Source: Octopus bimaculoides
Taxonomy: Eukaryota
Assembly (NCBI RefSeq): GCF_001194135.2
Contig: NC_068997.1
Coordinates: forward strand, 4,821,029 to 4,885,028
DNA: 64,000 nt
Direction of reading: 5' to 3'
Part shown: positions 25,801-37,803 of the stretch, piece after piece
Layout of the letters: each line of letters starts with the position of its first letter
Numbering within the stretch: position 1 is the first letter of the stretch
Notes under the pieces: generated by a model
Databases searched by the model: none
What the model saw: only the letters and a program-made list of their open reading frames with translations
What the model was told of the DNA's origin: nothing
Program-made: the position numbers and the translations under genes

Positions 25801-28800
25801 GTCTACCTCTTCCACAATTTCCCTCAACTCCTTGGATGTGACACTTTTTCACACAGCTGTCTTCATCCATTTGCAACACATGACCATACCAGTGCAGTTG
25901 TCTCTCTTGCACACCACATCTGATGCTTCTTATGTCCAACTTTTCTCTCAAGGTACTAACACTCTGTCGTGTATGCACACTGACATTACAAATCCAGCGG
26001 AGCGTACTGGCTTCATTCCTTGCAAGCTTACGCATGTCCTCAGCAGTCACGGCCCATGAAGAGTTTACTCAAACAAATCACCCCCAGTACTTATTTTTTA
26101 AGTCTGATATTTATTATTTTGATCTCTTTTGCTGGTAGGGGACACAAACACACACACACAGATGTATACACAGCAGGTTTCCACATATTTTCTGTCTACC
26201 AAATTCATTCACAAGACATTGGTTGGTTAAGGGAGATAGAGAACACTTGCCTAAAGTGCCACGCAGTAGGACTGAACCTGAAATCACATGGTTGCAAAGC
26301 CAGCTCCTTGTGCATGTTCTGTGTCTGTGTTTTTGTGTGTATATATTCATATGAGTGGTTACATATTTTTTTTAACATACATATATATATGTGTGTGTGT
26401 GTGTCTGTGTGTTTATGTATTATTTTTGTATGTTTATATGTGTGTGTTTTTGTGTATAGTTGTATTTGTATTGGGTCTTCTCATAAATAATGCGGTTTTC
26501 TTATACCTCTTTTATTTTTCAAAATTGAGATAACAAAGTCTTTTTTTAATCTAAATTATACTCTCCTACATTTTCTACAATGCTCTTCCATCTATCTGGT
26601 AGACTTGCAAGGCCCCTCTTCCAAAATTCACTTGTCCGTGACGAAAAATACTCCTCCAGCACTGTTTTGACCTCATCTACAGAATTCATATATTTTCCGT
26701 CCAAATGATTTTGAAGACTGCAGAATAAGTGATAATCAGATGGGGCAATGTCCAGTGAATATGGTGGGTGGGACATTGTTTCCTATTCCAACTGCTCCAT
26801 CCTTTGGAATGTCATCTTTGCCTTATGTGGCCAAGCATTAGACTCAAGGTTTGTGAGGTACCCATTGACCCAATTTGCTGACTTTTCCAATGGCACGCAG
26901 GTGTTGATGAATGGTTGAATGACCAAATCCAAACTTCTCTGCTAGTTCCTCAACAGTTACAATGGGATTTTGTTCCACCAACGGGATTTTGTTCCGCATT
27001 ATTTATAGGATGATCCAATATAGGGTAGTGAGCTGGCAGAACCACTAGCATGCTGGGTGAAATGCTTAATGGTATTTCGTCTTCCGTTCTATTCTGAGTT
27101 CAAATTCCACCAAGGTCAGCTTTGCCTTTCATCTTTTCAGGATCGATTAAATAAGTACCAGTTACACACTGGGGTCGATGTAATCGACTTAATCCCTTTG
27201 TCTGTCCTTGTTTGTCCTCTCTATGTTTAGCTTCCTGTGGGCAATAAAGAAATAAATATATATTTATTTGCAGGCCACATGCATGGTGAAGTGGTTAGAA
27301 AGTGACTTTGCAATCATAAGGTCCCAGATTTGAATACCACTGTGTGACATCTTGAGCAAGTGTCTTCTAATGTCACCTTAGCTCAACTCAAGTCTTGTGG
27401 GTTGAAATTGGGAGACAGAGTCTGTGTGGAAGCCTTTCAGATGTACTAGACCTGCAATGGTGCCATTAGGAGTATACATGTCTGTGGAATACCCAGCCAC
27501 TTATACAATAGCTGAGTGATTAAGCTGTTGAGTTAATTAGACAACTGGATATTCATCAATAAAGAAATTCTTTAGTTTCTCTGTGTTTATGAGAAAAATG
27601 TGAAAGTGCATGGCTTAGGGACTAGGGTGTTCAGCTCATAATCGTAAGGTTGTGAGTTCGATTCCCAGCAGCACATTGTGTCATTGAGCAAGACACTTTA
27701 TTTTTTATTTCTCCAATCCACTCACCTGGCAAACAAGAGATGTACCTGTAATTCAAAGGGGCCAGCCTTGTCACATTCTGTGTCACACTGAATCTCTCTC
27801 TCAGAACTATACTAAGGGTAAGCATGTCAGTGGAATGCTCATCCACTTGCACAAGAATTTTGCAAGCAGGCTTTTCCATTGATCGAACCAACTGGAGCAC
27901 TTGTCATTACTACCCAAAAGCCAGGCCATGAGGAGAATATTCTGTGCACGTTTTTGTTTGGATGTATACTTGTGTGTATATATATATGTATGTATGTATC
28001 TGTGTACAGGTTTGCCTTTGTGTGTGTGTAGTTACATAACAATACAACAGAAACGCACATACCTACTAGGCTATACACACTTCATCATTATTGTGTAAAA
28101 TATGTTCTATATTGTTTGCGTATATAAAACTACACATACACACTCACTCACACAAAATTACACTTATACACATTAAAACACACAAAACTAAATTTATGCA
28201 CATTCACATAACTACACACATACACACACACACACACACACAATACACTGATACTCACATGCACACACACAGAGGCTCAAAGATAATTCTGTGTGACCTA
28301 AAGATGACAGTTAAATGTCTTCTATTAATTAGTTCTATCACCTGCAGTGGCTCAAATATAAATCTCTTTCACCTAACATGGACATTTCTAAAGCAAAAGA
28401 TTTCATTTTTTTTAGATATTTCCTTAGAGGTAAAATTTGGCAACAAAAACAGCAGAAATTGATTAATCATGTGAGAAAAGAAGCCTGCCAAATCCAATGA
28501 AAGCTTCATTAATCAATATCTTATCGAATAGTTAATGAATTCTACACTCTGTAATTTTATTTTGTAAATGTTAATTTGGTTAAGTCAAGACAAGCAGTTA
28601 AAATTATTTTGTTTAACAAGTTTTCATAAAACTCATCTCTGTTGCAGAAAGTGAAGAAGGTATTAGATATAAAAATATAAAGTTTCCATAAGATTAGTGT
28701 TTCTTTAAGGGCTTTTTTGTGTGTTTGTCTTTGTTTTGACTTATAATTAGGAATGAAAGGAGTGTCTATTACTCTTTAGAAAACCTCCAAGACTGGTATG

Positions 28801-31800
28801 ATGGAGGTATCCTTAAACCAGAAATCTACCCCAAATGAAGAAATGACCTCTGCTAAAAGCCATCAAGCAAGCTAAAAGTAGGAATTGAATGTAAAGAGCT
28901 GGAAGAAATATTACAAGGCAGTCATTTTGGATGTTTTTACAATGTACCACTCTAGATTGGTTGTTCTTTTCTGACTCCTGAAAGAATGAAAGGCAAAGTT
29001 GACCTCAGTTGGACTTGAACTTGGGCTACAGAAAGTCAGAACAAATGTTACAAGGCATTTTGTCCAACACTATAATAATTATGGCAATATATCATTTAAC
29101 TTAGAATAAGATGGATAAGCTGTAAACGTGTTGCTAGTTAAGACAGACTGTATCACAGATGGAGTGGTCATCTTTATATAATAGTACCTTCTTGCAACTA
29201 AGTAGAGGTAGACTGGATAGTTCACAGTAAAGTGCCTTGGTCATGGACATAGTACAGTGAACTCTACCACACTGTGATACCTAATTATGGCCAGATACAC
29301 TGGACTATAGACGGTTAAGTATCTTGGTCAATTTCATATGAACTGGTGATCATTCAGTGGGTAATGCCCTTTTCTTTAGACTAGCCGTCATTACCTTAGA
29401 AAGGTTTTACTGTCTCCTTCTATCCATTTTCCTGTACTCTCATAGAGAGACGATTCATTTGTTTCTACAGCTGCATGAATATACTTTTCTGCCACTAAAC
29501 AGTCAACTGTGATGAAGTAGGGACTAGTGAAAAATTGGTTTTGGTTAAGCCATGCAGACTAAACGAAGCACAGTGACTGTATTAAGAGCTGACCACACGA
29601 CCATGTAGTCAGTAGTCTAGCATCTTAACCTCATAATGTTTGTGTTCCAGTTGTAAGATTCTTCAAGGAGCAGTGTAAAAATTATCCCACTCCAGATATA
29701 CAGAGAAATACTTGAAGTGGATTTGACTTATTGACCCATTACTTTCTAACCAATTAACTAAATGTTTTCCTTAATTAAATCCTAATTTGTTGTTTTCATT
29801 CATTGACAATTTTTAATATTTCATTTTATTGTAATTATCATTATTTTTTTCCTGATTCTTACAGATTATTCCTGTGCATACCAAGGAGATATTCTCCTGC
29901 AGGGACACCTGTACATATCCCTTGGTTGGTTTTGTTTCTATTCCAAGATCAGAGGCCGTGGCAGGCATGTAAGTAACATTCCCCTTGCTTTTGAGAGCTG
30001 GAATCATATGTGACCCACATAACAGCATAGACAACGTGTGGTACATTGATCCCACTATACAATCACATAGAGAGGAAGGCAAAGACACGCACTAGCATAT
30101 TACAACTACTGGCCCTTTTTTGCTCAGTGTTTTCTGTCTCTTCTATTGAGACCACAATGATCATGGCCCCTTTCAACTAGCAAGGCTCACCCAATGTATT
30201 TCTCCCCATCTCCATTTAGGCCCCATTCAATATCTCTGTTCTCTCCCCAAATCTGGTTCTCTCAAGCCCACCCTATGTCTGTCCTCTCCTTCACTCACCA
30301 TCCCTCTTGTGTTCCCCCACACACCACACATTTGCTGTACTTTCATGGAACTTGAACTTACCATATGTGCCACATGTTTCACAAAGTTACAGCCATTACA
30401 ATTTCTGATTTATTTTATTTCATGTAGAAAAGTATGATTGGTTATTGATTTCTAACTGGCCAGTCAGCAGTTCGAGTGACAAGGGAGCATCAGTGCAACT
30501 AAGGCAAAACAAATATACTCTAGGGTATTGTAGTCCAGAGACATCTGTTCATTTGATTTGTTGCTGATGTTTACATGTATTGCTGATCTATGTTGGCAAA
30601 AGATACAGATATACAGAGACACATATAATGGACTTCCTGCACAGATTCCATCTACCAAATTCTATTTACAAGCCATTGGTTAACTTGAAGCCGTGGTGGA
30701 AGTTCTAACAAGTCATGAAGTTGTATAATGAAGTTTTCTTTACCACATGACCATACCTGCTCATATACATAATACATAAGATAGTTACACCCATGTATGC
30801 ACACACACACACACACACACACACATTCACAGCAGGTTATCTCCTAGTTTCTGTTTCAGTTTAATGTTTCTCCTTCACCTGATATTGATCGACCCAAAGC
30901 TGTGCCAAAAGACATTTGCCCAAAGTGTGAAGATGTGACCCAATGTAATTGAATTCAGAATCATTTAGTTGTGAAACAGACTTATTAACCACACAATCAT
31001 AGCTGTCTGTCTTTAAGGTTGTCTTTGAATAATGGTGGAACTTGGCATCCTTTCTTTCAGATTGAAATCCCTCTTGACAATGTTCTTTGTGTGACCAAAG
31101 AGAAAACAGCATTCATCATTCCAAATGCAATCGGAGTACAAACCACAACAGAGAAGGTAAGAAATGAAACTCTACACTTCAAAATAATGAGTGTGTGTGT
31201 GTGTGTGCGCGCGCGTGCACGTAGTTTGTGCGACTCTATTACTGCCATCATTAAACATCTCTGTTTATGCAGAATTCTGTGTACATGTAGTTGTGTGTGT
31301 TATACATACAGACACACACACACACATACACCTCACAATATCCTGACTAGGTTGATATTGTATATATGTGATATGGAAAATATATGCACTGTATGATAAA
31401 CAATAACTAAATTGCAGGAAATTTTGTAAATATCACATAACTATATATATTTATGTGATATTTACAGTATTTTCTGCAATTTTATTATTGTTTATCATAT
31501 TCCGCATATAGTGTATGTATTTTCCATATCATCATGCTGGCATGAGTTGACCAGTTTGACTGGAGCTGGTGAGGCCAGAGGCCACACCAGGTTCCATTGT
31601 CTGTTCTGGCATGGTTTCTACAGCTGGATGCCCTCCCTAATGCCAACCAGAGTGTACTGGGTCTTTATATGTGGCACCAGCGCCAGTATCAATCATGCTA
31701 TGGCAGATGGACCTTCTTTAGTACAGCAAAGCACCAGATATCTTGCTCATCTCCTTCATGAAGCTCAATGTCTTGAGATCGGACTTCAGTACTTCATACT

Positions 31801-34800
31801 GTCTTTCTGGATCTCCTTCTTCCACAAGTTCCACCCGCTTAAAGTGATCAGCACTTCTGTATGCAACTGTGCACATCCATATGCATCATATGACCAAACC
31901 AGCAGTCTTCTCTTTTGCACACTGCATTTAATTCCTCTAAGGCCCTTTTCTTTCAATACACTAGCGGTCTGTTGCACATACTGACATTGCACATCCATGC
32001 CATATATATACATTATCAACTCATATTATTTAATAATACAGAATGTAAAAGTTAAAAAGTAAATTTTTAATTTCATTTACTTGTGGTACAAGCACATTGA
32101 AACATTGCTGTAGTAACTCAAGCTTTTCTGTTTGCTTGTATAATGGTTGGTAGCATTCTTTTAAACTCCTCTCAAAGCTCTAGGACTTTCAAAACGGCAG
32201 CAGCATTTGTTTCAGTTTAAATTCAGCAGCTATATTGCCAGAAACAAGCTGTGTCAGTCTATCATTTGTTACTTTATGCTCAAGTTCAAAAGTTTAGATA
32301 ATTCTTCTTACACTTTACCTGCACTCACTATTCTGCTACTCAGTTTAAGATTATGCATAGTTATCCTTTGCAGCTTGTTCCACCATGTTTGTTATGAGTC
32401 TTTGCTTTTAATAAAATTTTCATTTTTCTCCATGAAACCTCATTTTTTGGACATATTTATTACCAACATATTTCCTGCAATACACATATATTCTTTAGTT
32501 TGTTTTATCTTCATTATTAAAGTGAGTTGATTCTTCCAGTCCTTCTATTCATCACAACCCTACAAGCCATCATAGTGGAGTTTAAGACTGGCTGTCCATG
32601 AGAACTCTTATATGCTGATGATTTAGTTCTCATAGATGAGTCTATGTGGGAGTTAGAGAAGAAATGTCAGGCATGGAAGCTAAACCTAAAATTGAGAGGC
32701 CTTAAAGCAAACCTAGCAAAGACAAATGTTTTTTTAGTAAGTAGGAAAGATGACAGGACCCTGGAACCTTCAGGGAAAAGGCCTTACTTGATACGCTAAA
32801 AAGGAATAGATTTAAATCCATCCGTTGTACTTAATGTAAGCTATGGGCACAGAAGAGATGTAGTGGAATCACTAGCAGATTATCTGAAAATGTAGGCATC
32901 ATATGCTTGTGCTTGTATGAACTAGAGCAGTTCGTACAAGCACAAAATTGAGTGTCTTAAATACCCAGAAAGTTCACTAGAAGTAGTTGATAGCTTTTGT
33001 TTTCTAGGAGATGTAATTAATAAGAGAGGTGATAGTTGTGTAAGTATTATAGCTCGAGTAAGAACTGGTTGGAGAAAGTTCAGAGAGTTACTACCACTGC
33101 TAACAACAAAGATCTTTTTCATAAGAGTGAAGGATAGACTGTATGATACTTGTATTAGACCTGTAGTGCATGGTAGTGAGACATTGGCCTTGAATGCAAA
33201 GGACTTGAGAAGAATAGAAAGAAATGAAGCATGTTCTGCTGGGTGTGCAGAAATAATTAATACAATGAGGCTGAGTAAAAAAAAACTGGGCATTAGGGGA
33301 ATCAGTTGTGTGCAAGAAAGAAGACTGTATTAGTATGGACACATGATACATATGGATGAGGACAACTGTATAAAGAAGTGCTGAGTGCTAAATGTGGCTA
33401 GAACTTGGACATGATGGAGACCCAAGAAGACATGGGATGTTTAGACTAAGAATAGGATAGATGAAGTTCAGAGAGCTGTTATCTTTGTTGACAACAAAAG
33501 GATTCTCTCTCAGAGTGAAAGGTAGACTATATGATGCTTGTGTGCAAACAGCTATACTCCATGGTAGTGAGACATGGGCTCTGAATGTAGAAGACATGCA
33601 TAGAGTGGATAGAAATGAAGGTAGTATGCTTTGCTGGATGTGCAATGTCAGTGTGCATGTACGACGAAGTGCAAAAGTATTGAAAGAAAAGTTGGGCATA
33701 AGAGGAATCGGATTGAGCATGCAAGAGGGAAGACTATGTTGGTTTGGACATGTGATGCGTATGAATGAGGACAGCTGCATAAAGAAGTGCCAATCACTGA
33801 AAGTGGATGNNNNNNNNNNGTATGAATGAGGACAGCTGCATAAAGAAGTGCCAATCACTGAAAGTGGATGGTACCTGCAGAAGAGGGAGACCCAGGAAGA
33901 CGTGGGATGAAGTGGTAAGGACCACTCTCAGGAAGTTGGGCCTCACAGAGGAAATGACAATGGACTGAGATGTCTGGTGATATGAGGTTCTTGAGAAGAC
34001 CTGCCTGAGTTCTAGAAGTGCTGTGTGTCCCACCCACACTTAACAAGAAAACTTCTCACACACCCTACCACAACAGACCAAACTGCATCTCTACAGCTCT
34101 TCTCTTCCTCATATTTCCACTTCATGCACTGTCCGTACTTCCCACTTCCCAATATTGTCCTCTTGGCCCTGTCTCACTGTATCATTGCTATCCGCTAACC
34201 CCTGACCTGTGTGTTCCACCCACACGCCCTGTCTCACTGTATCATTGCTATTCGCTAACCCCCGACCTGTGTTCTTCCTACACATAACAAGAAAACTTTT
34301 CACACATTCTACCCCAACAAGCTTATCTACATCTCTTCTCTTCCTCACATTTCCTCCTTCATGCATTGTGCCTACTTCTCACTCCCCAATCCTGTCCTCA
34401 CAGCCCTGGAGATTGGATAACCTTGTATCTCTTTTGTGGCAGCACACCTGTTTCTGTCTTCATTCCTGATATCTTTCTATCCCTTTCTCTCTCTCCAACC
34501 GAGTAACCTTGTACCTCCTCTACAGCAAGGTACCTGCTTCTGTCTCTTTGTCTCACTATAACCTTTCATCATCTCCCCCAATGTCCCTCCCCTCTCAAAA
34601 GATGTTTTTGTCTTCCAAGATACTTGGTGACAATGTCAGTACAGGTGCCACTTAAAAAGCATTCAGTCCACACTGTAAAGTGGTTGGCGTTTGGAAGGGC
34701 ATCCAGCTGTAAAAATCCTGCCAAAACAGTTACAGAAGTCTGGTGCAGGCTTCTGCCTGGCTGGCTCCTGTCAAACCGTCCCACCGATGCCAGAATGGGA

Positions 34801-37750
34801 GGCGGACATTAAACGATGATGATGATGATGATATATATATGTGTGTATATTACACACGTATGTATATACATACATGCAAGTGTGTGTATAGGCTATGGCA
34901 TAACTGCACTCAAAGACTTCATTTCACAACCACAAGGTTGCTGGTTTGTTGTTGTCACTATGTATCATCGATATATTCTCAGGCTGACGTGACATCGGTA
35001 GATGGAATGAACACAATAGCCTGTCGCACGCGCGAGTGTCTTTCTATCATCTTGCTATTTGTGTGCTGTGTAAAAAACATGTCCAGTGGTTGAGCTGTTG
35101 GTCTTTCAAACGACTAAGGAAAATAGTACCTTACTTGGAAACAAGTTACCGCTGACTTTGCTAACATGAAAAACGGTCGTTAAAACAAAGAAGAGGAGGG
35201 TGGGTGGTGATAATGACGATGGCAGTGGTGGTCGTCGTGGTATACAGCAGTTTTGGACTTCGTACTACTAACACTGGGGGTGACATGACTGATTATAAAC
35301 AAGACCGAGTTATTCCCCCTTGTAAAGATCATTTCAATAATTAATTCAAGGGAATTTGCATTTCGGTAAGAATTTATTTCTAAAAAAATTGACTGCATAG
35401 CTTTTAAATATAATTTAAATTGCTAATTAATTTACATAAAAAATTCTCGAGTTGCTATAAACCAATCATTTCATTAAATAAAACTAAATAAATGGTCGAT
35501 TATGAGTTAGTTTTCTAGGTTTTTTTGTGTGTTGTGATGGTGTTTTTGTTTATTTTTCCTGTTAATTTATTTATAAACCAAGCATCATTATCATTGACAG
35601 TAATATTGCTCCCGACGAGAGTTCAAGTAATTAGAAATGAGCAATTAATGATAGCACTAATGAAAATAATTAAACTCTGCATAATTATATGTATTGAGTA
35701 CTTCGTTAATTAATGGTTGTCTTGGTTATTTACGTAAGATCACCAGGTGTGTGTGTCTCTTTGTCTGTGTGTGCCTGTGTATCTTTATATATGTGTGTGT
35801 GTGTAAACACACTTCACACACACACACATACACAACACACCAAACACGTTGAGAGTGCTTCACATGGAACCACTTGCTGCTATTTTAAGCAGAACCGAAA
35901 GTAATCTGCAAGACATCATTGTTAAGTGAAGTGTGACCGACATACCTTTCACTCTGTCTCTCTCTTTCCCTCTCTCTTTACAAACCTACAGCTATTACAC
36001 AGAACAATTCTGTATAGATGCTAACATACTTCCACTAGTTACAGTCATGGCTTGCCAGAATAAATCACGTTACTTCAAACTAAAAATATGGATTCTTCAC
36101 ATGGCACAAATAGTAAAACTACAAATTAGCTTGTGTGTGCTGTGTTTTAAGGATATTTGTAGGATTTTTTTTATATTTTGTACAATTTCTAATTTGGTGC
36201 TTCCTAATTCTAGATAGAATAGTTTGCCAGATTCAACTTTTGCAATGTCTTGTGTTAATGGAACATTGGAATGGTAGAGCAACAGAACTGTCTTGTTCAG
36301 TTTAGTTACATCATATTAAATGAGTTCCAATAATGCTACTGTCAATGTGGGGGAGGGGTCAATAAAATTATGGTTTAGTCAACTGTTGGGGTCAGTATAG
36401 TCGATTATACCCTTTTTCAAATATATGTTATTGGTATGTCCACGTATGTCCACGCGCGCGCATGTGTGTGTCCTGTGCAGCCATGTGTGTTTCTGTCTTT
36501 GTGTTCTTGTCGCTTAGCCCCAGGTCACCCTTCATCAAGCCGGCCTGTGATCAGAAGAGTTCTAACCATTTGTGGGAAATCCATTGCTATTTCTTTCCGG
36601 ACAAGTGACCTTTTCGAGACTGCTAGTTGTGATTATGAACTAACTGTGTGTGTGATTATGAACTAACTTACATAATCATCATCATAGCTGCTTGGTCTTT
36701 GGTTTTCTTTCCATGTTGTTGTTGTTGTTGCTGCTGCTGCTGCTGCTATTGTTGTTGTAGTAGTAAGGAAGTGAGCTGGCAGAATCATTAGCATGCCAGG
36801 CAAAATGCTTAACAGCATTTCATTCGTCTTTATGTTGTGAGTTCAAATTCCTCTGAGGTTGACTTTGCCTTTCATTCGTTCTGGGTCGATAAAATAAGTA
36901 CCAGTAATCAACTCATCCCCTCCCCCAAATTGCTGCCCTTGTAGTAAAATTTGAAACCATTATCATTATTATTCGTATTATGTGGTGGATTGACAGACTT
37001 GGAGCATTGGTAAAAATGCTTCCCAGTAGTCTTCTGATTCATTATGTTCCTAGTTCAAATTTGGCCAAGGCTGACTTTGCCTTCATCCTTTTGAAGCTAG
37101 TAAAATAACTACTAGTTGAGCACTATGATCAATGTAATCAATTAGCCTCCTTCTCCCAAAATTCCAGGCCTATAACAGAAAGGACTGTTGTTGATGTAGT
37201 AGTAGTAGTAGTAGTAGTAGTAGCAGCAGTAAAGGTGGAATCATTAACACTCCAGGCAAAATGCTTAGCAGCATTTCATCCGTCCTTATGTTCTGTTCAA
37301 ATTCTGCCAAGATCAACTTTGCCTTTCATCTTTTCGGGCTTGATAAATTAAGTACCAGTTGCATACTGGGGTCGATCTAATTGACTGGCCCCCTCCCCCA
37401 TAATTTCAGGCCTTGTGCCTATTGTAGAAAGGATTATTATTATTATTATTATTATTATTATAAAGGCAGAGTCATTAGCATGCTGGACAAAATGCTTGGT
37501 GGCATTTCATCTGTCTGCACATTCTGAGTGCAAATTTCACCATGGTCAACTTTCCCTTTCATCCTTTTGGTGTTGATTAAATAAGTACCAACTGAGCACT
37601 GGGGTTGACATAATTGACTTACCCCCTCTCCCAAAATTGTTGGCCTTCTACCAAAATTTGAAACCATTATTATTGTTGTTTTTATTATTATTATTATTAT
37701 TATCATTACTACTACTACTACTACTGCTACTACTATTATTATTATTGTTA

Positions 37751-37803
<53 letters not shown>

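Noticed and set aside
33761-33870. About 50-bp duplication inside the RTE ORF
   Set aside because: It straddles the 33810-33819 gap and is most likely a scaffolding artefact.
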